Numbered from the stretch's first letter, positions 38,624 to 48,713 are shown. The stretch is 64,000 nt of DNA from Spirochaetota bacterium (GCA_963663865.1 OY760686.1:1952001-2016000); one strand, 5' to 3'. Made by a program: numbers and translations. The notes: generated by a model not told the origin, from the sequence alone.

Positions 38624-40138
38624 CTACTTCGCTATCAGCCCAAAAAGTCCGCCCCTCTTCCGGTTCCTTCTTACATTAAGCTCACGCATCTTTTTCGCTG
38701 CTGTACTTATGGATATTATCGATCCTGTGTTTCTCTTCACCTCGGCGCTGACTGACTTGAGGTACATGGAGAGAACCCTTCTCCTTATAAAGCCGGCATT
38801 TGTGAAGTGGCACCAGAAACCGTACTGATACTTTCCCTGTCTGCTTGTAAGGTAAAGCACCTCGCCTTTGAGGTTCACTGTCTTTTTCCCTCCAAGCCTG
38901 AGCTTAAGCTGGAGGCTATCGCCCTCCTGTACAGGCACATTGGTGAAAAACTGTAATCCATCAGGCGAAATTTCCTGCAGACCGCCTTTGATGTGAAGCT
39001 TGCGGTCATTGAGGGTCCTGAATTCGACGGCCACTCCCCGCGGATAGTACCTCACAGTCTGCTCCCACCATCTGATTCTGGGATCAATAATGGCCGCCAA
39101 ACGCTCAGTCCTGTCCTCCATCACTGAGAGCCAGTAGAGAAAATGCACCTGAACAACGAGCACCGTTAAAAGAAGCATTGACCTGCTGTAAAAGCCTCCA
39201 TGCCAGTACAGGGCACCAAAGCTTCCAAACAATATAGCGATCGGGAAAACCGTGGCAAGTATCATAGTGTTCGAATAACCGGCTTCGAGCAGCTTGTGGT
39301 GTATGTGGTTTCTGTCGGCCTCAAATATCGGCCTCTTCATCTGAAGCCTTCTTATTATTACCCTTCCAACGTCAATAAAGGGGAACAGGAATATCATCAC
39401 TGGAACTATAATGGTCCGCGATCCCGCGTCTGAACCGCTTGTCAGCGGAATAATCACAGAGACAATGTAGCCAATCGAATAAGCGCCCGCGTCACCGAGG
39501 AATATCCTTGCGGGAGGCCTGTTGAAAACGAAAAATCCCAGTATGCTTCCCAGCAGTATTAAGGATGATGTCATCAGAAATGGATTGCCGCTCATGGCGC
39601 CGACAACAGCAAAAAACACAAGGCCGATCATTGTGAGCCCGGATGAGAGCCCGTCAAGACCGTCAATCAGGTTTACCGCGTTCATGAACGCGAGTATCCA
39701 TATGACCGTAACTGCGATATCAATTACCTCAGAGACTCCCTGTATGGAACTGATATAGTGGCCCGCGTGTATTCTAAGGCCTGAGGATACTGCAAGTGCT
39801 GCCGCAAGAATCTGAACGGCAAGCTTATAGCGTGCCCTTATGGGCTTAACGTCGTCAACAAGTCCCATGGCGAAGACCGTGAGGAGTCCCGCGGCAAGCA
39901 GAGGCAGTGACACGTTGAAGCTGTAATACCTGCCGAGGGTGAACGTTCCAACCGTGACGAAAGCGGTAATAACGCCCACACCTCCGAGACGGCCTATCTT
40001 GCCGGTGTGTATCTTTCTCTCATCGGGGTTGTCATAGAGAGACATAACCTCACAGAGCCTGATCATCAGATAGACTATCGCTGAAGAGAGAGCGAAAGCT
40101 GAAGTAAAGATTAAAGCATTAGTTAGAATAGTATCCAT
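38624..40138 (-). CDS. wecA: WecA/TagO-type undecaprenyl-phosphate GlcNAc-1-P transferase fused to a C-terminal PilZ-like domain
   Basis: DNPDERKIH, LGG, GLVDD, NAVNLIDGLDGL, FNRPPARIFLGDAG, ADRNHIHHKL; then R363YYPR367 and E389ISPDG394 followed by beta-strand pattern. Confidence 0.88.
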   Translation of the reverse strand: MDTILTNALIFTSAFALSSAIVYLMIRLCEVMSLYDNPDERKIHTGKIGRLGGVGVITAFVTVGTFTLGRYYSFNVSLPLLAAGLLTVFAMGLVDDVKPIRARYKLAVQILAAALAVSSGLRIHAGHYISSIQGVSEVIDIAVTVIWILAFMNAVNLIDGLDGLSSGLTMIGLVFFAVVGAMSGNPFLMTSSLILLGSILGFFVFNRPPARIFLGDAGAYSIGYIVSVIIPLTSGSDAGSRTIIVPVMIFLFPFIDVGRVIIRRLQMKRPIFEADRNHIHHKLLEAGYSNTMILATVFPIAILFGSFGALYWHGGFYSRSMLLLTVLVVQVHFLYWLSVMEDRTERLAAIIDPRIRWWEQTVRYYPRGVAVEFRTLNDRKLHIKGGLQEISPDGLQFFTNVPVQEGDSLQLKLRLGGKKTVNLKGEVLYLTSRQGKYQYGFWCHFTNAGFIRRRVLSMYLKSVSAEVKRNTGSIISISTAAKKMRELNVRRNRKRGGLFGLIAK

Positions 40139-40139
40139 T

Positions 40140-41333
40140 TCAGAATCTCCTCAATGCGTTACGCTGTTTAGCCGCTTCCATCCACTCCATGAAAAACACA
40201 ATGAAGACTGATATAAACAACCCCGCGAACATCGCCACAACAGCCATCATTGCCCTTTTGGGACTCACCTTCTTGTCCGGCACAATAGCCGGGTCAATCA
40301 CCTCAACATATATCTCCGCCTTCGCTTCATCGAGCTTTGCCTTCTCGTAGAGCTTGACAATGGTCTCGTACACAGCCTGCGATACCTTGACGCCGGCCAT
40401 AAGACCAGTGTACTCAACCATTTTATCAGGAGCGTTCCCGAGAGACGGGAGGGCCCCCGTTTCCTTTCCGCTTCCTTCTATCGAACTAAGGTTTTTATTA
40501 ATCTCCTTTAGCTGTTTTTTCATAGCTAGAAGCCTCGGATTGTCAGGCGACAGAGCCGATTCAAGCCCCTGGACCTGCATTTCAAGCGACATCTTCTGGC
40601 TCATTAGAGCTCCATAAAGCGTCATTGTTCCTTTTGCCTGAACCTCCGGGTCAAGGAGTTTGCTTTTTTTCTGGAAAGCCGCAAGGCTCTTTGTCTCTCC
40701 CCTGAAGCGCTTCTTTTCAGCAATAAGCTGGTTTTCGTAAAACAGCCTGTTTTTCTTTTCGATTGTCAGGGCCTTCTCTTCCAGAAAGTTCTGAAGAACC
40801 TCGGTATACCTGTTTACAACAGCAGCTGCCAACTCCGGGCTTTCCCATTTGAATCCAAGAGTTATCACTTTTGTCTTCTTGTCATACTCTGCCGAAAAGA
40901 GCTCATCGAATTCCTCTATTGTGTACTGTATCCTGTCCCTCTTTTTTGGGATATCGTCCACGATTATCTTATCAAGCTCGAACTCCCTGACAATCTGTTC
41001 CTTGACCGTCCTGCTTTTCGCCAGAACCATTATCTTGTCGGTCTGGTCCTTGGCGCCGCCCATGTCAAGTCCGGCAAGCGCCGCCATACCCGCCAAATCT
41101 CCCAGCCCTCCTCCAGATGATGATGAAACAGGAAGCAGTGTGACCTCTGCCAGATACTTATTGCTTATGAACAGCGATATAACTATCGTTATTACCACTA
41201 CCGAAGCGGTGAAAATTGAGACAAACTTCTTCCTGGACCATATCGTGTTCCAGAGTTCGAGAAGGTCTATCTCGTCATCGCCGCTTACCGACTGCGAATA
41301 TATCTCTGTATTTTTTTTATTCATATTTGCCAT
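40140..41333 (-). CDS. polysaccharide co-polymerase (Wzz/GNVR type, no kinase domain)
   Basis: DDEIDLLELW, two TM helices, coiled coil, VIDPAIVPDKKVSPKR. Confidence 0.88.
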   Translation of the reverse strand: MANMNKKNTEIYSQSVSGDDEIDLLELWNTIWSRKKFVSIFTASVVVITIVISLFISNKYLAEVTLLPVSSSSGGGLGDLAGMAALAGLDMGGAKDQTDKIMVLAKSRTVKEQIVREFELDKIIVDDIPKKRDRIQYTIEEFDELFSAEYDKKTKVITLGFKWESPELAAAVVNRYTEVLQNFLEEKALTIEKKNRLFYENQLIAEKKRFRGETKSLAAFQKKSKLLDPEVQAKGTMTLYGALMSQKMSLEMQVQGLESALSPDNPRLLAMKKQLKEINKNLSSIEGSGKETGALPSLGNAPDKMVEYTGLMAGVKVSQAVYETIVKLYEKAKLDEAKAEIYVEVIDPAIVPDKKVSPKRAMMAVVAMFAGLFISVFIVFFMEWMEAAKQRNALRRF

Positions 41334-41352
41334 TTTCTACCTGATCCCGACC

Positions 41353-44130
41353 TTAAAGGCTCAAAGCCATAACCAGGGTTGATACAGACTGGAATATAAT
41401 CTGCGTAATGTCCCTGAACATAGGCCTCCACATAACCGGTATATTTATCTCAAAAGGAACTACAACCGCGTCGCCTTCTTCAAGCTCGAGATCGTCCAGG
41501 TCCCTGAAGAAGTTCTCATAGCTGTCACGTGATATAATCTTTCCGTTAGCCTTGATGACATATATATTGTCAAGATCAGAATTCTTGGCGGGCCCTCCGA
41601 CATCATCAAGATAATCTTCAACCGTCTTGTTCTGGACATGCGGCATGGATATCTGGTTGTAAACATTTCCGAGCACGAGCACATAGTTCGGCTTTGCCGG
41701 AACGAAGATATAGTCGTCCTGCACAAGCTCAATATTGTCGTCACTGCTCTTAAGGCTGTCTATTGTTGCCGGTATGTCAAGCGCCAGCCTTCCCAGAGCC
41801 ATCTTTGACTTTTTCTTTATCAGGGCGAGCATTTGCTGCTGTTGCCTCATTACAATAGTTATCGCGGACTTTTCCTCGTCCGACCCTCCCGCAGCTGCAA
41901 GGCCCGAAGAGCTCTTATTGACGTACTCCTCCATGGCGACCATGGATATGTTTATCTGGTTCATCTGAAGACGCTGCGCGTTTCTTCTGGTAAAAATTAG
42001 GCCCCTCGGGTAAGCTGTGTCCGTGTAGCCTCCGGCAGCTTCAATAATGTCAGAGAGCTTCATCCCCGGCTTATACTCATAGACACCCGGCTTGTTAACC
42101 TCACCTATAAGAGTTATAGTCTTGTTCTTTTCGTTGGACTCGGTCTTGCGTATTACAATTTTATCGCCCGGCCGGAGCTTTAGGTTGGCTTTTTCGTCTC
42201 CCCTGACAAGAAGGTCATGCAGGTATACAGTCCTTCTTGTCGTATCCTTTTCCTTTTTACCGAGTTTCATAATCTTCATTTTTTCAGATTCGGTAAGCTT
42301 AACGTTAGGATCAGCTTTCTGCTCATCACGCTTAAACAGGCCCTTTAACTCAGGATTGCTTTTGAGAAACAAATCAATATTTTCATCAGAGGCCTTTTCA
42401 GCATCGACCTCCTTTTCATCTTCTTTAAAAAGCTCATCTGCCGGCTCAATGTCTTTGACCTCAGCCGGATCGATTTCGCCTGTTTTCAGCTCTTTTGAGT
42501 AAATCTCAGCTTTTAAAATTGACGCAGATCCTTTGAGACGGACCTGTTTGAGCGCGTCTAACATCTTAATCCCTTCAAAGTAAGGGACAAGTTTTGACTC
42601 TTCAACCTGCCCTGAAACATGCATGGGCTCTTCAAGCCATCTAGGGTAGAAAGTAATCTGGTCTCTTTTCTCCAGAACGATGTCGGATTTACCGTTTAAT
42701 ATATTCTCAGGAGCAAAGGAGATCACAGTCGTTGTATGCTTTCTCCTTACGTCGCCAATTCTTGCATCCGTGTCAGGCAGCAGCTGGGCCTTCTTCATTA
42801 CTTCGCTGAGCTTAAGCCCCTCTTTCCAGGAGTACTTGCCGGGATACCTTATATGCCCGGCGACTTCGATTTCGTTTTCAATTACGGAGTTTATCTGCTC
42901 TACTCCGATAAAATCGCCATCATCCATCACCTTTTGGAGAAACTCAGTTTTGTCCAACGAGCCCTCATATATATAGACTTTATCGTTTTCATATCGATAG
43001 TGTTTAATTCCCGGATTATAAGCTGAAAAAGAAGCACCTCCAGCGTAGTCGATTGCGCTTTGCACGGTATCACCATTCGAGATTTCGTAAATAGCGGGTC
43101 TCTTTACATCACCCGTGACTGCGGCAGTCTTTCCTATCTCATTGACAAGAACGCTGTCTCCCTCCCTTACTGTCACATCTGCCGGTTTTCCTGAAACAAG
43201 GAAGTCATAGAGATCGACTCTGATTTTCTTCTGCTTTCCGGATTCCATACGGGTAATTTCAATATTTCTGAGGCTGCCATTCTTCGCGACTCCGCCTGCC
43301 TGGACAAGTACATCAATAATCGAGTATGTTCCGAGTGACTGAACCACACCCGGTTTTTCAACAAACCCTGACACGTAAACGGGAAACTGTCTGAGCTGAC
43401 CCAGCGTGAGAGCTATCTCAAAACGCTTGTATTTTTTTGCGAGTGAGTTGTGAACGATCTTCTTTATTTTGTTTATTTCAAGGCCCCAGACATAGAAAAC
43501 ACCGAGGTTAGGTACAAAAATCTTCCCGTCCCTGTCTACTGTTATAGAATAGAAGCCGTTAAGCCCGAGAATATCAACCGGATCACCCCAGAAGTACAGA
43601 AAAAGGGTGTCACCGGGTCCGACAGCGTATTTGTCGCCTACAGGGAGAAAGTTTTCAGCTGACCTGACTTTGAAAAAATCGTAGCCAAATTGACGAAGCT
43701 TTTTGTCTTCTTTGATCATGTACTCGTCTTCTTCTTCGATCTTTTCAGCTGCCCTTTTTTCAGGCAATCTGCTATTATATACTTTCTCTATTGATGAAAG
43801 CGGCTCTTTTGAATATAACCTGTATAGTTCGTCATCTGTCAGCAGTGACTTTTGATCTTTTGCCTGCGAACTGCTTTTATCAGTTGAGGGACGTGTATTT
43901 ATTATTGAATCAGCCTTCGACGGCGTTTTACGCTGATTAAAAAGATTGGTTTGAGAGCCGTCGCTGCTGTAGTGAACACCGCTTCCTTGAAGCAGCAGCT
44001 CCTGCTGCGACATCACCTGCGCCCCGGCTCCGCTGCCGATGAGAATGGCAAAAGCTGTAAGCATCAGATACGCTGTCAGCTTGAACTTAGTCAGGCCTGT
44101 TTTTAGAAACCGTTTGAGAGAATTCATCAT
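41353..44130 (-). CDS. polysaccharide export protein with multiple SLBB domains (KpsD/Wza-like)
   Basis: FGYDFF, Y.VGPGD, VDRDGKIFVPNLG, GSLRNI, repeated GxVxxPG SLBB units; start taken at MMNSLKR. Confidence 0.9.
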   Translation of the reverse strand: MMNSLKRFLKTGLTKFKLTAYLMLTAFAILIGSGAGAQVMSQQELLLQGSGVHYSSDGSQTNLFNQRKTPSKADSIINTRPSTDKSSSQAKDQKSLLTDDELYRLYSKEPLSSIEKVYNSRLPEKRAAEKIEEEDEYMIKEDKKLRQFGYDFFKVRSAENFLPVGDKYAVGPGDTLFLYFWGDPVDILGLNGFYSITVDRDGKIFVPNLGVFYVWGLEINKIKKIVHNSLAKKYKRFEIALTLGQLRQFPVYVSGFVEKPGVVQSLGTYSIIDVLVQAGGVAKNGSLRNIEITRMESGKQKKIRVDLYDFLVSGKPADVTVREGDSVLVNEIGKTAAVTGDVKRPAIYEISNGDTVQSAIDYAGGASFSAYNPGIKHYRYENDKVYIYEGSLDKTEFLQKVMDDGDFIGVEQINSVIENEIEVAGHIRYPGKYSWKEGLKLSEVMKKAQLLPDTDARIGDVRRKHTTTVISFAPENILNGKSDIVLEKRDQITFYPRWLEEPMHVSGQVEESKLVPYFEGIKMLDALKQVRLKGSASILKAEIYSKELKTGEIDPAEVKDIEPADELFKEDEKEVDAEKASDENIDLFLKSNPELKGLFKRDEQKADPNVKLTESEKMKIMKLGKKEKDTTRRTVYLHDLLVRGDEKANLKLRPGDKIVIRKTESNEKNKTITLIGEVNKPGVYEYKPGMKLSDIIEAAGGYTDTAYPRGLIFTRRNAQRLQMNQINISMVAMEEYVNKSSSGLAAAGGSDEEKSAITIVMRQQQQMLALIKKKSKMALGRLALDIPATIDSLKSSDDNIELVQDDYIFVPAKPNYVLVLGNVYNQISMPHVQNKTVEDYLDDVGGPAKNSDLDNIYVIKANGKIISRDSYENFFRDLDDLELEEGDAVVVPFEINIPVMWRPMFRDITQIIFQSVSTLVMALSL

Positions 44131-44854
44131 TAAAGTTATTCCATTTATTAAATGCTTAGTATTTATCAATTACAAGCTGTTAAGACTTCAGGCATTGGGC
44201 CGTAAACATTTAGCGCCTGAATAATTTTGACAAAGACTGTTTTGAACAGTCTCCAGTGATGGGAGGAACTTTTCCAAATCCCATCTTAGTAATGTGTTTT
44301 TTGGCATGAAAAAGTGACACATAAAATTTAAAAAAGACGAATTTTTTTCAAAATCGCTTTTCCAGCACAAAACTTCCAATCAATCTTCACCATCCTCCCG
44401 CCTGCTTTCTCAATCCGCGGCGAGGTTTAACACGACCAGCACAGTTAACCATTGGTACGACAAGCATGCTGTATTCAAGAGTTTTTTTCAAAAAACAATT
44501 ACATTTATATGTATGTATTTGAGAAAAACAGCCGTACTTTTTTTTACAAACCCCAATTTATGTCAACACATATTTCGATAATACAAAATAAATTAAACAC
44601 ATTCAAATCACCGCCTGATATCAAAGAGCGCGAACCCTGCAAAAACTTCACACCATTCGCCTGGGACAAAGCCTTAACCAGGTTGATATATTGCAATCAT
44701 AAATTATAAACCGCAATAAGTCAATGCAGGATAGGCTTATTTCCTATTCTTTTTCGTATTACTTATTGACCTTATCAAAAAATGAAATAAAATTGCGTTG
44801 ATAAAGGTGTGATACTTTAAGGCTGTGTGATATCCAGTGTAATTCGGAGGCAGC

Positions 44855-45361
44855 ATGAGAACAGCGATCCCTTTGAGTCTCAGGAAAACCGATATCCTTA
44901 TTTTAATTTTCTTCTTCATCAACATTCTTTTCATTACTTATATCGTGGATTTGGAACAGCTTGTTATCGACGACCCGTCGAGTTTTGACTATCCCGTCTG
45001 GCCGCTCCCCTTCATGGTGGATATTGTCCATTGGTGGGGCAACAACTTCGACCCGGTGCTGATTGCCAGACCTGCGTGGTGGCGCGCTACCATATGGATA
45101 GACTCGCTCTTCTTCGGGCCGTTCTACATCTTCGCCATTTACGCCTTCATCAAAGGCAGGGAGTGGATAAGACTTCCGGCAATAATCTACTCATCTGTCC
45201 TTGTTACGAATGTCGTCATCATCCTCTTCGAGGAGATGAGGGGTATCCACAGTACGCCGAGTCCATTGCCGGTCCTTCTGGCAAATCTTCCCTGGCTGGT
45301 TTTTCCAGCTCTCATAATATTCAGAATGAGGAACGAACATCCATTCACAACGCAACTGTAA
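44855..45361 (+). CDS. EXPERA (emopamil-binding/TM6SF2-like) membrane protein
   Basis: Four TM helices; DPVL..RPAWW, IDSLFFGPF, NLPWLVFP; GGAGG RBS. Confidence 0.75.
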   Translation: MRTAIPLSLRKTDILILIFFFINILFITYIVDLEQLVIDDPSSFDYPVWPLPFMVDIVHWWGNNFDPVLIARPAWWRATIWIDSLFFGPFYIFAIYAFIKGREWIRLPAIIYSSVLVTNVVIILFEEMRGIHSTPSPLPVLLANLPWLVFPALIIFRMRNEHPFTTQL

Positions 45362-45488
45362 GGAGGGCTTTTTTACAGCTCTCCGGGCAATACACTTGAC
45401 ATTGTGAGCCTGTTCTTTTCCTGTTCTATGAGAATGAACTTAATTTGTCTATAATGAATAATAACTTTATCCGGAGGCAAGGAATACC

Positions 45489-46076
45489 ATGTTAAGAAAA
45501 TCTTTTGCAGTAAGCTTCGCAGCCGCGGCGGCTTTAATGCTTTCTTCATGCGGATACAACACGATGCAGCAGCAGGAAGAGAATGTCTTCAGCGCGTGGG
45601 CCGACCTGGAGTCAACGCTTCAGCGAAGAGCCGACCTTATTCCCAATCTGGTAAACACGGTAAAGGGTTACGCCGCTCACGAGAAGGAAACGCTCACACA
45701 GGTAATCAAGGCAAGGTCGCAGGCAACGGGGGTTAAACTCAGCGCAAAGGACCTCAGCAATCCGCAGGCCCTGCAAAACTTTCAGAAGGCCCAGGACTCT
45801 CTGTCAGGCGCCCTCTCACGCCTCATGGTTGTAGTTGAAAAATATCCCGATTTGAAGGCCGACAGGCATTTCTCCGACCTTATGAACCAGCTTGAAGGAA
45901 CAGAGAACAGAATCAACGTAGCAAGAATGCGCTACAACGAGGCCGTTAAAACATTCAACTTCTCTATAAGAAAGTTTCCATACAACCTTACAAACAACAT
46001 CATGCTGAATCTCGAAAGAAAGGAATACTTCAAGGCAGAAGAAAAGGCCAAAGAGGTTCCGGAAGTCAAGTTTTAA
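45489..46076 (+). CDS. lemA: LemA family lipoprotein
   Basis: LSSC lipobox, [40 protein letters not shown]. Confidence 0.96.
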   Translation: MLRKSFAVSFAAAAALMLSSCGYNTMQQQEENVFSAWADLESTLQRRADLIPNLVNTVKGYAAHEKETLTQVIKARSQATGVKLSAKDLSNPQALQNFQKAQDSLSGALSRLMVVVEKYPDLKADRHFSDLMNQLEGTENRINVARMRYNEAVKTFNFSIRKFPYNLTNNIMLNLERKEYFKAEEKAKEVPEVKF

Positions 46077-46079
46077 TTC

Positions 46080-46111
46080 AGGCGGGCGCGGTTCATCCCG
46101 CGTTTGCTTTT
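46080..46111 (+). terminator. hairpin/terminator between lemA and the TPM gene
   Basis: GCGGGCGCGG...CCGCGTTTGC followed by TTTT. Confidence 0.45.
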
Positions 46112-46126
46112 CAGGAGGCAGAAAAG

Positions 46127-46999
46127 ATGAGATTTCTTCAAGCCGTGACTACCCTCATGGCGTTAATTATTCCTATCACCCTGTCCGCGAAGGAGGTTGA
46201 GCTTCCGGAACTCAAGGCCCGCGTGAACGACTACGCTCAGATTCTCACCGAAAGCCAGGAAGCCGCTCTGGAGCAGAAGTTAGCGGCTTTTGAAAAGTCC
46301 GACTCAACACAGATCGCTCTGCTGACCATTAAATCGCTTGAGGGAGGCTCGCTTGAGCTCTTTTCAATCAAGCTGGCCGAAAAGTGGAAGATTGGGCACA
46401 GTGGACGCGACAACGGCGTTATAATCATTGTATCAGAAAAAGACCGCGCGATCAGAATTGAGGTGGGCTACGGGCTTGAAGGAAAGCTTACTGACGCGGT
46501 ATCGGGCCGTATAATCAGAGAGGTAATGTACCCGGCCTTCAGGTCAGGCGACTACTACTCGGGCATAGAGGGAGCGGTCACAGCGATAATCGACGTCACG
46601 AGGGGTGAATTCAGCGCTTCCGGATTCAACCCCGCCCCCCCTGAAAAAAGCAAAGCGGGTGGTACCGTTCTGGTCTTTCTGCTGGTAATGAGTGTTCTCG
46701 CTATAGCTTCTGTTAAACCGCTCAAACGTGCCATAACCGGCGCTGTTGCGGCACCGCTCATCGCCTGGATGGCATTCCCCGGCGCTCTGTGGATGCTTCT
46801 TCTGCTTCCGGCGGGCATACTTCTTGGCCTGTTGCTGCCTCCTCTTCTGAAGATAATCTTCCTGGCATGGGTGGCCAACATGGCAGCCGGTTCATCGTCA
46901 CGAGGCGGCGGCGGATTTGGCGGCGGAAGCTTCGGAGGCGGAGGTTTCAGCGGCGGCGGTGGAGGATTCGGCGGCGGCGGTGCTTCCGGCAGGTGGTAA
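46127..46999 (+). CDS. TPM-domain protein (YgcG-like) with Gly-rich tail
   Basis: RVNDYA.IL, W.IG..GRDNGV, RIEVGYGLEG.LTD, GGGFSGGGGGFGGGGASGRW. Confidence 0.93.
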   Translation: MRFLQAVTTLMALIIPITLSAKEVELPELKARVNDYAQILTESQEAALEQKLAAFEKSDSTQIALLTIKSLEGGSLELFSIKLAEKWKIGHSGRDNGVIIIVSEKDRAIRIEVGYGLEGKLTDAVSGRIIREVMYPAFRSGDYYSGIEGAVTAIIDVTRGEFSASGFNPAPPEKSKAGGTVLVFLLVMSVLAIASVKPLKRAITGAVAAPLIAWMAFPGALWMLLLLPAGILLGLLLPPLLKIIFLAWVANMAAGSSSRGGGGFGGGSFGGGGFSGGGGGFGGGGASGRW

Positions 47000-47032
47000 T
47001 ATCCCCCCCAAATTGAATACCGAGGTGAAATC

Positions 47033-47668
47033 ATGAAAGACCTTACGAAAAAGTTTTTAAGCGAACAGGACAAAAAACGGATCATAGATACCGTTAAAGA
47101 TATTGAAAAGACAACTTCAGGCGAAATTGTACCGATGATTGTATCAAGAAGCCACGCCTACAACGCGCCGAGACTTCTGGGAACATTACTGAGCTCACTG
47201 GCAATTGCCCTCGCAGCGGCTTTCATTCTAAAGAATTACACAATATGGCTCTTCGTGCCGGCCTTTGCGGTATCTCTTTTTGCCGTCTGGGGCCTCAGCG
47301 GAGTCTGCGACCCCTTTCACCGCTTCTTTATTCCCGATGAGGTTATAGAAAGCGAGGTCAGCGACGCGGCAATGAGGGCGTTCTATGAAAGCGGGCTGTA
47401 CAGGACCAGAGCTGAAACAGGAGTTCTTCTCTTTATTTCAATCTTTGAGAGACGGGTTTACGTCCTCGCTGACAGGGGCATTAACGAGAGGGTTGACAGG
47501 CAGGCCTGGGAAAAAGCGGCTTCCATAATAACTGATGGCATTAAACATGGCAGCCAGGTTGACGCGATCTGCGAAGCGGTAAAATATGCCGGCGCCCTTT
47601 TAGCAGAGCAGTTCCCGCCCGGAGACGATAATCCAGATGAGCTCAGGAATTTCATTAGCGGGAAGTAG
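47033..47668 (+). CDS. TPM-domain membrane protein
   Basis: EKTTSGEIV, T...TGVLLFIS.FER.V.VLADRGI, FP...DNPDEL. Confidence 0.88.
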   Translation: MKDLTKKFLSEQDKKRIIDTVKDIEKTTSGEIVPMIVSRSHAYNAPRLLGTLLSSLAIALAAAFILKNYTIWLFVPAFAVSLFAVWGLSGVCDPFHRFFIPDEVIESEVSDAAMRAFYESGLYRTRAETGVLLFISIFERRVYVLADRGINERVDRQAWEKAASIITDGIKHGSQVDAICEAVKYAGALLAEQFPPGDDNPDELRNFISGK

Positions 47669-47732
47669 CATTCCGGTTGGGGGCTTTACCCGCAAGACGA
47701 AAAACCCGGTAACTATTAAGAGTAATAATACA

Positions 47733-48713
47733 ATGACAGACACCACAGCGCAGGAAACAGAAAAGAAACTCAAGCTCTACAGCGACCTGGGAAGGTTCTT
47801 TGATTCTGACGGCAGCTTCAGGGAAGGCATTTTCAGGGAACTTTTTGCCGGCAACATCGGGAGGCTAAGAGGCATGCATGCTTCTGAAGCCGACGCCGAC
47901 TTGAGAACAGCCAAATCGATTTCCGAATACATCGCGGTAATTCTCGACTATCTGGAGGTAAAAAAGCTCCCGGATGCGGCAGTCACTCTTTTCAAGGCCG
48001 CGCGCGACGAGGCAGCTGCCGCCGGCATCGCTGACATCTCGATACAGGGCCGGCACACATCCTTTCTGCTTTCAGCCTCCCGTAATGAACCTAAAAAAAG
48101 CGAAAAGAACAGGCCCGTCGACGAAAAGATTAAGATGATATACGACGCCGCTCTGAATGTGTTCGAAGATGAAGGCTTCCGCAAGGCCACCATGGACAAG
48201 ATCGCCCAATCAGCCGGAATCGGAAAGGCATCTGTCTACCGTATATTCAAGAACAAGGAGGAGCTTCTCGACAAGCTTCTGCAGCAGGAATTTGATATCA
48301 TTGTCAGGGGCATTAACAAGATCAATTCCAGCAACACCGAAGTCACCGAGCAGATAAGCGAGATGATCCGTTACTGGATTGGCTATGTTTCACACAACCA
48401 CACAGTCTATCAGCTAATACAGACAGAATCAAATTCCGAAGGCATTCACAACAAGGTGCTGTTTTACCACCATCTAACTTCCAACCTCCCGATGTTCAAG
48501 GAGCGTATTGTCTCACAGAACCTTCAAAACCGCCTGAAGACCATAAACTTCTACACTGTTTTCTACGGCATCCTGGGCTATATTGACGGGGTAATAATCA
48601 AGTGGATGAGAAGCGGCCGTGACTACAATCTCTCCGACGAGATTCCCGAGATAATAGATGTCCTCTTCTCCGGCTTTGTCGAATACAGCGAAATCCCCAA
48701 TCTGAGGTTATAA
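47733..48713 (+). CDS. TetR/AcrR regulator with long N-terminal extension
   Basis: IYDAALNVFEDEGFRKATMDKIAQSAGIGKASVYRIFKNKEEL HTH begins about 130 aa in. Confidence 0.85.
   Translation: MTDTTAQETEKKLKLYSDLGRFFDSDGSFREGIFRELFAGNIGRLRGMHASEADADLRTAKSISEYIAVILDYLEVKKLPDAAVTLFKAARDEAAAAGIADISIQGRHTSFLLSASRNEPKKSEKNRPVDEKIKMIYDAALNVFEDEGFRKATMDKIAQSAGIGKASVYRIFKNKEELLDKLLQQEFDIIVRGINKINSSNTEVTEQISEMIRYWIGYVSHNHTVYQLIQTESNSEGIHNKVLFYHHLTSNLPMFKERIVSQNLQNRLKTINFYTVFYGILGYIDGVIIKWMRSGRDYNLSDEIPEIIDVLFSGFVEYSEIPNLRL

Noticed and set aside
44170-44700. c-di-GMP riboswitch or ops/JUMPStart upstream of the polysaccharide operon
   Set aside because: No GGCAAA...GACGCAAA GEMM core and no GGCGGTAG found
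46900-46999. GGC-rich tandem repeat
   Set aside because: It encodes the normal Gly-rich tail of TPM/YgcG proteins
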